Part shown: positions 8,312 through 16,524 of the stretch, piece after piece
Numbering within the stretch: position 1 is the first letter of the stretch
Layout of the letters: each line of letters starts with the position of its first letter
Assembly: GCF_029232205.1 (NCBI RefSeq)
Contig: NZ_CP107255.1
Location: 960,001 to 992,000 of the forward strand
Direction of reading: 5' to 3'
DNA: 32,000 nucleotides
Source of the DNA: Candidatus Saccharimonadota bacterium
GTDB lineage: Archaea; Nanohalarchaeota; Nanosalinia; Nanosalinales; Nanosalinaceae
The notes under the pieces: generated by a model
Databases searched by the model: none
Told to the model about the DNA's origin: nothing
What the model saw: only the letters and a program-made list of their open reading frames with translations
Made by a program: the position numbers and the translations under genes

Positions 8312-9206
8312 TGTACTTCACCTCTACTGGGATGCTCCCCGCATCTTTCGTGTATTGATAATCTGCTTCTACAGATAGCTCCTCTCTAACACTTGGCGAG
8401 TCTATCGAGCCACCGTAGCTGATATCGCAGCGGATTACCTGCGAATCTCCTCTATCCATTATGAGTCTTTCAGGAATATTGCATGTATCCATCTGGATGT
8501 TGAGGCCTTCTGAACTGCTGAATTCCGGCGTAGTTACTGATACCAGGCCTCGGTATGGAGATTCTTCTGTGCTTCTTTTGCTTAGTCTGGTAAGCATTTC
8601 TATGTTGTCTCCTTCAATGAAGACTGGTGCTCCTTGATCGCTGCTGCTTCCTATTGTTTCTATCTGGATTGAAAGCGGTCCTTTGGATGTTTTTGATGAT
8701 AGTGCTGGATCTCCTCCGGATTCTATTCCTTTCTTTATCTGTATTTCTCTGTATGCTGAGACCGAGTAATTGAATGGAGCTTGGAACTGCAGGTTGCATG
8801 TCTGGCCCATCAGCGGGACATCTCCGTATTGCTTTAGTTCCCAGTCGAATTCGGCCTCCCATCCCGGTTTCAAGAAGTAGCTATCTTTATTTGCTTCAGT
8901 TTTTGAGCTTCTTCCATCGTAGTCCTGCATCTTGAATATATCTGTACAGTAGTTTGTGAGTATTTCTTCTCCGTCTTCCCCTGCCATGAGCGTCCCATTC
9001 ATTTCTCCAGTATTTTTCACACCTATTGATACTCGGACAGTTGAATCAGGATATATTGAGCCAGAACTTGGCTGTACCTCAGGGCCCGTGATCGTCAGTG
9101 CTCTGCCATTTTCTTTCTGTGTTTGCTGGTTGCCTCCTGGACCGATGCATCCTGAGGCGAGAACTGCTAAAAACAAGATACTTATACCTAGCTCCCGGGT
9201 TTCCAT
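8298..9206 (-). CDS. Exported lipobox protein, paralog 1 of 3 (302 aa), unknown function
   Basis: ATG at 9206. N-terminus METRELGISILFLAVLASGC. Motif VSIGVKNTGEMNG (CARDB-like). C-terminal ADYQYTKD resembles ADYGYRL and STYYKYAKD in the paralogs. Confidence 0.8.
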   Translation of the reverse strand: METRELGISILFLAVLASGCIGPGGNQQTQKENGRALTITGPEVQPSSGSIYPDSTVRVSIGVKNTGEMNGTLMAGEDGEEILTNYCTDIFKMQDYDGRSSKTEANKDSYFLKPGWEAEFDWELKQYGDVPLMGQTCNLQFQAPFNYSVSAYREIQIKKGIESGGDPALSSKTSKGPLSIQIETIGSSSDQGAPVFIEGDNIEMLTRLSKRSTEESPYRGLVSVTTPEFSSSEGLNIQMDTCNIPERLIMDRGDSQVIRCDISYGGSIDSPSVREELSVEADYQYTKDAGSIPVEVKYSGNN

Positions 9207-9216
9207 ACATCATACT

Positions 9217-10017
9217 ATGTTAGGCCAGATTAAAAGGTTTTTAGTGGAGAAGTTCTGGATCCCGGTAGCTGACGAATCTGTCTACTACAATCCATACAAT
9301 ACTACTATCTATGCTCTGCTTTTTGGATTGGCCGCTCTTTATCTGGTCTATCCATTTTCGAAAAAGCTGGGTATTACATTTGACAGGGATTTTTTCAAGG
9401 GGATAGCACCTTATGCTTTTCTTGGCGGTGCAGTTAGATCATTGAAAGATATCAACGCAGTCAACAGCTTCTTGTTGGAAACACCGTTTATCTACATTGT
9501 TCTCTTCGTATTTACTGTATCTGCTATCAAGTTTTCGCAGATTTTATCGGACAGAACGGACTACTCTATGGAGAATATTCTGGCAGTAACAGGCCTTATT
9601 CCTCTTGCTGTAAGCCTTTCTTTCTACAGTATCAGTAATTTTGCTGCTGTGGGCCTTTTCCTTTCACTTGTTTTGACGTGGTCTTTAGCAGGTTATGCTG
9701 TTTTACAGTTGTTGAGGCCTGATCTATTGAATTATTCTTTCGTGGTTCCTGTTGCTGCCCATTTTTACGATGCTTCTACGACGGTAACTGCTCTGAGCTT
9801 TGGTGGGCGGGAGAAACATGTTTTAGGCCAGTTCTTCATTGATGTGTTTGGGCCTTATGGAATGTTTTTGATGAAGGGTCTGATTATAGTTCCTGTTGTT
9901 TACTATATTGTTGAGAATATGGAGGGAGAGGAAAGGAATTATTACTTGTTCTTGATTGCTTTGTTGGGTATTGCGATAGGCACCAGAAATATTTTGTCTA
10001 CGGTTGCTCTCACCTAA
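9217..10017 (+). CDS. Polytopic integral membrane protein (266 aa), resembles the archaeal DUF63 family
   Basis: ORF 8956..10017, but the first 87 codons overlap the divergent gene. The ATG at 9217 gives MLGQIKRFLVEKFW. There are about 6-7 hydrophobic helices. The DUF63 assignment is from memory of the family's size and character and was not searched. Confidence 0.7.
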   Translation: MLGQIKRFLVEKFWIPVADESVYYNPYNTTIYALLFGLAALYLVYPFSKKLGITFDRDFFKGIAPYAFLGGAVRSLKDINAVNSFLLETPFIYIVLFVFTVSAIKFSQILSDRTDYSMENILAVTGLIPLAVSLSFYSISNFAAVGLFLSLVLTWSLAGYAVLQLLRPDLLNYSFVVPVAAHFYDASTTVTALSFGGREKHVLGQFFIDVFGPYGMFLMKGLIIVPVVYYIVENMEGEERNYYLFLIALLGIAIGTRNILSTVALT

Positions 10018-12269
10018 CCGTCGAAGCATCTGAAGGAGCCGTCGTCAACTATAACTACTCCTCCTTCTTCTCCACTGCACGAGTTCATTGCTTCTTTGAA
10101 GTTTTCTTTAGGAGATGAGCCGAAGGCGTTCATTATTTGTTGTGCGAGACCAGGCCTTTCAGTACAGTCTTGGGCCATTGCTGTAAACATTAGCGTGTCT
10201 GCTCTTGGATTGCTGTCATCCCAGTATTGCATGTAGTCTTCTAGAGTAGCTGAGTAGCTGAAGTCGAATGCGCGCGTACAGAGTATTCCTTCTACCTCTC
10301 TGACCTCCACATCTGAGGAGCCGAATCTCTGGCTTGTGACAAGTCCTGCTCCTATTGATGGTTCGCGGTTAGCATCGTTCATTAATTCTCTTTCGCTGTC
10401 GGAAAGTCCTATGGCTGTATCTGTAACCTCTGGCGATACAGTGATGAAGGCCCCGCCATTACTGCGGGAGTAGTCATTGACTATTGATTCCCAGGTGTAA
10501 GCTGTCTCTCCTTCTTCTATATCTGCGTCAACTTCTTCGTGGTTGTAGAGTTCTACGTTTCTCCAGTCTTGTCCTACGGGTGCACCTCCTTTTCTAACGT
10601 CGCAGCCATTGTTTGCGGCCACACGTAGATCAGAATCACATTTGCTGATGAGATGATCATTATCTACATCTTCGTAGGATCCTATCTTGTCCTTTGGAAC
10701 CAGGAATGGGCAGTTCTTTCTCTGATTACCTCCACAGTTCCTGTTCTGTACTCTGAAGTTGTCAGCGGACTGGCCTAATCTTACAGTATAGTTTGCATCA
10801 ATACTCATTCTGAGTGTTTCTCCTGAAGGACTGATTTCCTCAGGATTTTCCAGAACCATAGCACAGATAGCCTGAGTAGGCCTCTGGCCGTAATCATACC
10901 AGCCCTGATTGGTCATGTACTCTTTCTGTTCCTCTGATAGAGTGTAGAGATTTTCCTCACCGGAGACTTTCTGAAGGCCTCTGCAGTTAGCGCTACCGAG
11001 TTCATCAGCCCATCTCGAGTTCTCTACATCCATTGTTGCGGAAGAATCCCGAATTACTAGTTCTTCTGGATGTACTTTATAGTCAATTCCTCTCTGTGCA
11101 GTTTCAAAGCCTACTTTTACAAGGAATACGTTAGGCCTTACATTATTGCCTTCATTTACGTAGGTAGCCGGATTCTGGACATTAATGAAAGTTTTTACGG
11201 GAGTATCTGCAGTTTTAGATTTCTTGAAGTCTGGTCTACCTTCCAGATTATCTACAGCCATTGCATCGAAAGATATCTGTGACTGAGACGAGTATTCATA
11301 CTTTACCTGCATTTCTACGTGTCTGCTCATGTCTAGAGCTGGCTGCATGAGCCCACAGCTACTGATATTCAGTGCGTTCAAGCTCCCTAGTGGCGTAGCA
11401 AATCCTCCAGGATAAATTGTTCCTTCCTCATCAGTGTATGAGCTTGCATACTGGCCGTTTAGAGGTTTCCAGCCAGTGGAGCAAAGAGTTTGTGCGCCTT
11501 CAAGGCCTGCAAAGCCTTCTGCTTTCTGAACCATTACCCTGTACTGGGCATTTTTTGCCTTAATTCCCTTTAGACCATGTCTCGGATTGAATACTGAGAA
11601 AGATGCCGGGAAAACATACCCTGGCCTCCTTCCAGCTACGTTTATTGTATCTCCACCGTTTACTTCGAATTCTTCTATCTGTAGTTTGTATTCCTGGCCT
11701 TCTACCTCCGAGCCAGGCCTTCTTGTATTGTTATATCTCCATCTCTGCATACAGGCTGCATCACCGAAGCACTGGGCCTGCTGAGCTGCCTGTCTTACTG
11801 CTAGAATTTCGTCTTCAAGGTCGAGGCCGATAACCTGGTTGCCTACTGCATTGCTTGCTAGGGAGCCATATCCTGTTGTGAATACTGCTGCTATCAAGAC
11901 AAATGCGCCAGCTATTTTCAGGATACCACCTAGACTATGGCCTCCTTGCTGTTGTTGCTGTCTTCGGCCTCCATCAGTCATAAGTCTATTATTTGATGCA
12001 CTGGTTGAAGTACCTTGGGAGTACAAGCCCAGTTTATCGTCTAATCCCAGAAGAGTGAATAGTTCTAGATCAAACCAAGGTATGGCGAGCAGCAGTATTG
12101 TGAAAATTCTTTTAGGCCATGATAGTTGTCCAAAGTCGATCTTTTTTACAGGAAGTTTTCCTACAAGAGGCAGCGTATCTATTCCAAAAACTCCGAACCA
12201 GTCAAAGTCTATAGGCGTAGGAGCTAAGTATGCAAGAGCGCTCAGTGCTTTATCCTTTGCCCAGCTCAT
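10014..12269 (-). CDS. Large Cys-rich membrane-anchored protein (751 aa), unknown function. Two N-terminal hydrophobic helices flank a poly-Gln stretch, followed by an extracytoplasmic region of about 610 aa.
   Basis: The ATG at 12269 overlaps the upstream stop (ATGA). Hydrophobic helices IFTILLLAIPWFDLELFTLLGL and ILKIAGAFVLIAAVFTTGYG. More than 15 Cys, often paired (CFGDAAC, CGGNQRKNC, CDSDLRVAANNGC). I could not find a catalytic motif. Confidence 0.8.
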   Translation of the reverse strand: MSWAKDKALSALAYLAPTPIDFDWFGVFGIDTLPLVGKLPVKKIDFGQLSWPKRIFTILLLAIPWFDLELFTLLGLDDKLGLYSQGTSTSASNNRLMTDGGRRQQQQQGGHSLGGILKIAGAFVLIAAVFTTGYGSLASNAVGNQVIGLDLEDEILAVRQAAQQAQCFGDAACMQRWRYNNTRRPGSEVEGQEYKLQIEEFEVNGGDTINVAGRRPGYVFPASFSVFNPRHGLKGIKAKNAQYRVMVQKAEGFAGLEGAQTLCSTGWKPLNGQYASSYTDEEGTIYPGGFATPLGSLNALNISSCGLMQPALDMSRHVEMQVKYEYSSQSQISFDAMAVDNLEGRPDFKKSKTADTPVKTFINVQNPATYVNEGNNVRPNVFLVKVGFETAQRGIDYKVHPEELVIRDSSATMDVENSRWADELGSANCRGLQKVSGEENLYTLSEEQKEYMTNQGWYDYGQRPTQAICAMVLENPEEISPSGETLRMSIDANYTVRLGQSADNFRVQNRNCGGNQRKNCPFLVPKDKIGSYEDVDNDHLISKCDSDLRVAANNGCDVRKGGAPVGQDWRNVELYNHEEVDADIEEGETAYTWESIVNDYSRSNGGAFITVSPEVTDTAIGLSDSERELMNDANREPSIGAGLVTSQRFGSSDVEVREVEGILCTRAFDFSYSATLEDYMQYWDDSNPRADTLMFTAMAQDCTERPGLAQQIMNAFGSSPKENFKEAMNSCSGEEGGVVIVDDGSFRCFDG

Positions 12270-13393
12270 TCTTGAGGCCTCTGTGAGAGAACATTCAGAT
12301 TTCTGATTATATAGGACCCGTTACTTGATATTCTAAGAGTGTTTTCTTCCTGAAGTGTTTCCTCTGGTATCTTGACTACTGAAAATCCTCTTGGAGTTAT
12401 TGTCTCTGAGAACGAGTTTACCGTGACCTGTACCGGGTTCTGTGATGGCATCAGGTTTACGTAGTTGAAGTTTACGTACTCACTTGTTTCTTCTCTGTTT
12501 GCGAAGGATAGGCTGCTCTGATTCATGTCAAAGCTGGCTGTTGCTGTTCCTGGTTCGATTGTTCCGAAGTATCTGACTGTTAGATCTATGTTTTCCAAGT
12601 CGTATCTTGCGTTGCCTTCAGTTTCAAATCTTACCGTGTTGTACCCTGTGTTGATCTGCTCTCTGTCGATTGAGATTGACTGTGTTGATCTTGAGATTCT
12701 CTGTGAGAACACCTGTTCATCGTTAACAAATACTTCCAGAGGTGCTGTTCTTGTTGATGAGTCGATTGGTAAGGTGAAGCTCAGGTTAGCTGCTGCAAAC
12801 TCCTCTATCTCATACTGGTATACTCTGAATGATTTTTCATAATCGTTGAACTTTCGGTCGTTAACCGTTACCTCTACATCCTCTATCGAGTATTCTGTTG
12901 ATGAGAAAAGGCCTCCTTTCGTTGTTCCTATTACAATTTTGTTTTCTCCCGGCTTGAGTACGTCTGAAGAAATATTGATTGATGGAGTGCCTGTTGTGAC
13001 AAGTTTTTCCTTGAATATTTCGTTTCCGTTAACTTTTACGTACATGGCGCCTTTTCCATCTTTACCCAGTACTTCAAATTCGATGTGGCCTGTTGTTGGT
13101 GCTGTGGCCTGATAGTTGAGTTCTATTTTCTGGCCGCCGATTAGTTTATTCTTTACTGTTGCTTCTTGTGCTGTGTAGGCCTGGATATCTCCTCTTCCTT
13201 CTCCTACGGAGAATGTTCCGAAGTTCACTGTTCTTATGTCCTGTGTGGCTTCTCCTATCTGTCCGAAGTCGTTCTGGTAGAATGTTATGTCGGATGTTGC
13301 CTGGTTGTTGAAGTTGTAGTTTTGTGAGGCAACCCAGAACAGGCCGAATACTGCTAGGCCTGCTACTAGTATGACAGCGAACTCGTTATCCAT
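12266..13393 (-). CDS. Signal-anchored protein (375 aa) with three tandem modules of about 80 aa (jelly-roll/CBM-like pattern), unknown function
   Basis: N-terminus MDNEFAVILVAGLAVFGLFWVASQ. Repeated pattern: MYVKVNGNEIF...LKPGENKIVI...YSIEDVEVTV, then LEVFVNDEQVF...INTGYNTVRF...YDLENIDLTV, then VQVTVNSFSE...QEENTLRI...YIIRNLNVL. Confidence 0.8.
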   Translation of the reverse strand: MDNEFAVILVAGLAVFGLFWVASQNYNFNNQATSDITFYQNDFGQIGEATQDIRTVNFGTFSVGEGRGDIQAYTAQEATVKNKLIGGQKIELNYQATAPTTGHIEFEVLGKDGKGAMYVKVNGNEIFKEKLVTTGTPSINISSDVLKPGENKIVIGTTKGGLFSSTEYSIEDVEVTVNDRKFNDYEKSFRVYQYEIEEFAAANLSFTLPIDSSTRTAPLEVFVNDEQVFSQRISRSTQSISIDREQINTGYNTVRFETEGNARYDLENIDLTVRYFGTIEPGTATASFDMNQSSLSFANREETSEYVNFNYVNLMPSQNPVQVTVNSFSETITPRGFSVVKIPEETLQEENTLRISSNGSYIIRNLNVLSQRPQE

Positions 13394-13445
13394 GCTTAAA
13401 GGTGGTTTTTGCAGGTTTTTATTTGTAGGTTGTCCTTTTGAGTGT
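13394..13445. promoter_or_regulatory. 52-bp divergent intergenic region with a T/A-rich box (GTTTTTATTTG), probably carrying promoters for both pelota and the minus-strand envelope genes
   Basis: This is the only non-coding DNA between the divergent starts at 13393 and 13446. The AT-rich box sits about 25-32 nt from each start. Confidence 0.35.
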
Positions 13446-14432
13446 ATGAAGCTGTTAAAAACCGATCGTGGAGAGGGTTACGTTAAGATTCGTATTGAGA
13501 ATCAGGATGATCTCTGGTATTTGAAGGATATTATTGCGAAGGGTGATGAGGTCCGGGCCTTGACTCAGAGGACGAAGTTGGATGGCCGTGAGAAGAAGAC
13601 CTGTACTTTGACACTGGAGACTGAGAAGACTGAGTATCAGGAGAACCGTCTTCGTGTTACCGGGGAGATTACTGAGGGTGCGGATGATATTGAGCTTGGT
13701 TTTCATACTTTCAACTTGGAGCCTGAGCAGGAGTTTGAGATGTGGAAGGATTTCACGAATGAGGAATGGGAAAGGTTAGAGGAGGCCGAGGAGAAGCGTA
13801 GTTACAAGGTGTTTTTCTGTCTTGTTGAGAAAGGTAGTGCTGATTTCTATATTGTTGAGGAGTCCGGTATCAAGGATCTTTCGAACGTTGAGGAGAATAT
13901 TCCTGGCAAGATGTATGCTTCAGATAAGAATTCTGACAACTTTTTCAATCAGGTTAAGGAGGTTGTTGAACGGTCTGCGGACGATATGGATTATATTATT
14001 CTATGTGGGCCTGGCAACCAGAAGAATAAGTTGAAGAACATGCTTTCGGATGATACTGTGTCGAAGACTATGTTGCAGGATACTTCTGTGACAGGTTTTA
14101 CAGGCCTTAATGAGGCTATTAAGAGAGGTGCTCTGAAGAAGGTTGTTGAGACTTCACGTATTGCTGAGGAGTCAGAGGTTATGGAGGAGTTTCTTGATCG
14201 ATTAAATAATGATGAGAGAGTTAGTTACGGCGATCCTGTTGAGGATCTCATTGAGCAGGGTGCTGTTGAGACATTGATCATTACTGCCGAGAAGAACAGG
14301 AAGAATCCTGAGCTGGCCAAGACTGTTGAGAGAATGGGTGGCGATGTTAATGTTGTGCATACCGATCACGAGGCCGGCGAGAGACTGGACAACTTTGGAG
14401 GCCTTGGCGCCCTGCTCCGCTACCAGGTTTGA
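13446..14432 (+). CDS. pelA: Pelota (Dom34-like) mRNA surveillance / ribosome rescue factor
   Basis: MKLLKTDRGEGYVKIRIENQDDLWYLKDII.GDEV matches the pelota N-terminal domain. The length (328 aa) and the eRF1-like C-terminal part also fit. The ATG at 13446 is preferred over the ORF-track start at 13371. Confidence 0.9.
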   Translation: MKLLKTDRGEGYVKIRIENQDDLWYLKDIIAKGDEVRALTQRTKLDGREKKTCTLTLETEKTEYQENRLRVTGEITEGADDIELGFHTFNLEPEQEFEMWKDFTNEEWERLEEAEEKRSYKVFFCLVEKGSADFYIVEESGIKDLSNVEENIPGKMYASDKNSDNFFNQVKEVVERSADDMDYIILCGPGNQKNKLKNMLSDDTVSKTMLQDTSVTGFTGLNEAIKRGALKKVVETSRIAEESEVMEEFLDRLNNDERVSYGDPVEDLIEQGAVETLIITAEKNRKNPELAKTVERMGGDVNVVHTDHEAGERLDNFGGLGALLRYQV

Positions 14433-15560
14433 TCAATCTTGAGGCCTTGAAGCAAGCGTTACCGGTACTTCTACTTCTTCCCCATCACGGATTACAGTTA
14501 TCGTAACTTCATCTCCAGGCTCTGTTTCTTCAGCCAGGTATGTCAGGATATCGCTGATTCCAGTCATTTCTGTACCATTTATAGCTGTTATTACATCGCC
14601 TCCTAGCGTGTATGTTATTCCATTGATTGTTTCGTTTCTTGTTCCTGCCTGAAGGCCTGCTTTTTCTGCTGGACTGTCTTCTACTACGTCCATGACCAGG
14701 AATCCTGTTGAAGTGCTGAGATTCATGGCCTCTGAGATGTCGGAGTTGACGTCAAGGCCTGATACTCCTATCCATGAGTGCTGCCTTTCCCCATTTTCGA
14801 TCAGGTCCGGTACTACTCTCTTGACTGTGTTTGATGGGATTGCGAACCCTACTCCATTAAATGTTCCTGTGGAGGACTGAATGGCTGTGTTTACTCCTAT
14901 TACTTTTCCGTGTATGTTGATTAGTGGGCCTCCTGAGTTTCCAGGGTTGATTGCTGCGTCTGTCTGTATTACGTTTGGTATTGAGAAGCCTCCTTCTGTT
15001 CTGATATTTCTGTTTTTGGCCGAGACTATTCCTGCAGTCATTGTTCCGCTGAGGCCGAATGGGTTTCCTATTGCTACTGCGGTTTGGCCTCTCATTACCT
15101 CTGTGGAGTTTGCTAGTGGAAGCGGTTTGAGGTTTTGTTTATTGACTTTGAGTACTGCAAGGTCGTTGTATACGTCGGATCCTACTACTTCGGCCTTTTT
15201 CCTTGTTCCATCGGAGAATATTACATCGATGCTGTCTGCTCCATCTATTACGTGCTGGTTTGTGACAATATATCCTTCTTTGTTGTATACGAATCCTGAT
15301 CCCTGCGATACCTGATTTCCTATTGCGTCGATGGATACTGTTGATCCTTCTACCTGTTGGTATAGGCTGACGAGTGCTTTTTCGTCTTTTGTTCCGTTTA
15401 TGTATACTACCTGTTGCTGGTCCTGTAGGTTGGATACTTTGTGTTCGAGGCTGGAGACTCTGTCGTCCATTGTCTGGTATACTGTGAAGCCTCCTAGGAC
15501 TGATCCGAAAAGTAGTACTGCTAGAACGCCGAATAATTCGATCTTTCTTTCAGTATCCAT
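14433..15560 (-). CDS. htrA: HtrA/DegP-family serine protease with an N-terminal membrane anchor and a C-terminal PDZ domain
   Basis: Trypsin-fold motifs TNQHVI (His), DLAVLKV (Asp) and GNSGGPL (Ser). PDZ-like stretch GFLVMDVVEDSPAEKAGLQ. ATG at 15560 (MDTERKIELFGVLAVLLFGSVLGG). Confidence 0.9.
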   Translation of the reverse strand: MDTERKIELFGVLAVLLFGSVLGGFTVYQTMDDRVSSLEHKVSNLQDQQQVVYINGTKDEKALVSLYQQVEGSTVSIDAIGNQVSQGSGFVYNKEGYIVTNQHVIDGADSIDVIFSDGTRKKAEVVGSDVYNDLAVLKVNKQNLKPLPLANSTEVMRGQTAVAIGNPFGLSGTMTAGIVSAKNRNIRTEGGFSIPNVIQTDAAINPGNSGGPLINIHGKVIGVNTAIQSSTGTFNGVGFAIPSNTVKRVVPDLIENGERQHSWIGVSGLDVNSDISEAMNLSTSTGFLVMDVVEDSPAEKAGLQAGTRNETINGITYTLGGDVITAINGTEMTGISDILTYLAEETEPGDEVTITVIRDGEEVEVPVTLASRPQD

Positions 15561-15612
15561 CACGTGGCAATTGTTTGTTGAGAGTTTTATAGCTCCCGAA
15601 CATATTTTCTGT

Positions 15613-16047
15613 ATGGTAGAGACCACCAGGCACTTCACCGCTACATGCTTTGTAGTGAATGATGACAGAGTGCTGCTTCATTTCCACAAGAAACTGGATA
15701 AATGGCTACCGGTAGGAGGTCATATCGATAGAGACGAGCTTCCACATCAGGCAGCTGAAAGAGAGGTAAAAGAAGAGTCAGATCTAAATGTTAGTATTGA
15801 GGGCCGCGAAAGTCTTTCTGAAGAGGTTGATGAGCTTCCAAGGCCTGACAAAGTTTTGCTACAGGATATTAATGATCATCACCAGCATATTGACTCTGTT
15901 TTCTATGTAGAATCTGAGGAATATGATTTTGAGGCCGAAGAAGGTATCGAGGAGATGGCCTGGTTCAGTGAGGAAGAGGTTAGGGCTCTTGACGCCAGCG
16001 AGGAGATTAAAACCCATAGTTTAGAGGCTCTGGAGAAGTTCAGGTGA
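15613..16047 (+). CDS. Nudix hydrolase (144 aa)
   Basis: Nudix box GGHIDRDELPHQAAEREVKEESDL. The ATG at 15613 is preferred, because the longer ORF-track start overlaps htrA. Confidence 0.85.
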   Translation: MVETTRHFTATCFVVNDDRVLLHFHKKLDKWLPVGGHIDRDELPHQAAEREVKEESDLNVSIEGRESLSEEVDELPRPDKVLLQDINDHHQHIDSVFYVESEEYDFEAEEGIEEMAWFSEEEVRALDASEEIKTHSLEALEKFR

Positions 16048-16053
16048 ATATTT

Positions 16054-16431
16054 TTGAAGAAGAAAATTTTCCAGCTTACACCTTTAGGCCGTGCTGATAT
16101 AGAGGTTCGCGAGTTTTTGCGCGATGAGCTCGATGAGGAAGAGTTGAAGGATTATGAGTTAAGTCTTGACAAGTTTAGATCAGTTAAGAGCATGCATCTT
16201 GTTGTGAAGTCTCTGCTTTACGCAAGCTTGATTACTTCGATTGCTGCCACTTTTGGATTGAATCAGGCCTATATTCTGCAGAAAATTGCGTCTTACATCG
16301 GTGTTACATTTATCCTTGTGATGTACGCAATTTCCAAGTACTTTATGGAGCTTTACAAGGAGCATTATCACGTGCAGCGTGAAATAGTGGTTGCTATGGC
16401 CGCTGGTAGGAACGGTGGCGAGAAAGAATAA
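16054..16431 (+). CDS. Small hypothetical membrane protein (125 aa, two predicted TM helices)
   Basis: TTG start 7 nt after AGGTGA, which overlaps the Nudix stop. Hydrophobic stretches LLYASLITSIAATFGL and IASYIGVTFILVMYAI. Confidence 0.55.
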   Translation: MKKKIFQLTPLGRADIEVREFLRDELDEEELKDYELSLDKFRSVKSMHLVVKSLLYASLITSIAATFGLNQAYILQKIASYIGVTFILVMYAISKYFMELYKEHYHVQREIVVAMAAGRNGGEKE

Positions 16432-16438
16432 TTGAGTT

Positions 16439-16524
16439 CGCCGGAGCTGGGATTTGAACCCAGGAGAGGCGTGCGCCTCACCACCTTTCCAGGGTGGCAC
16501 CTTTAGCCACTCAGTCACTCCGGC
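16439..16524 (-). tRNA. tRNA-Ser (anticodon GGA), 86 nt, type II with a long variable arm, no encoded CCA
   Basis: Hand-folded minus-strand sequence GCCGGAG-TG-ACTGAGTGGCTAAAGGT-G-CCACC-CTGGAAA-GGTGG-TGAGGCGCACGCCTCTC-CTGGG-TTCAAAT-CCCAG-CTCCGGC-G. All stems pair and the discriminator is G. Confidence 0.9.

Noticed and set aside
8956-9216. N-terminal extensions in the ORF track: 8956..9216 for the DUF63-like gene, 13371..13445 for pelota, 15561..15638 for htrA, 15331..15612 for Nudix, 832..867 and 4457..4468 for the surface proteins
   Set aside because: The extensions overlap neighbouring genes or lack signal-peptide logic. Internal ATGs give N-termini that match the family or a proper signal peptide, and they are preceded by TATA-like or SD elements.
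12266-12280. Two unrelated genes end with almost the same 15 nt, AGGCCTCAAGA(A/T)TGA (12266-12280 and 14433-14447), giving C-termini ...RPQE and ...RPQD
   Set aside because: The match is short and partly explained by the general AGGCCT enrichment. I could think of no mechanism and saw only two instances, so I treat it as coincidence unless a genome-wide count says otherwise.
16439-16524. tRNA-Ser as the border of an integrated element or genomic island
   Set aside because: No integrase, recombinase or transposase gene is in the window, and I did not notice a direct repeat of the tRNA 3' end. The flanking genes are ordinary housekeeping genes.
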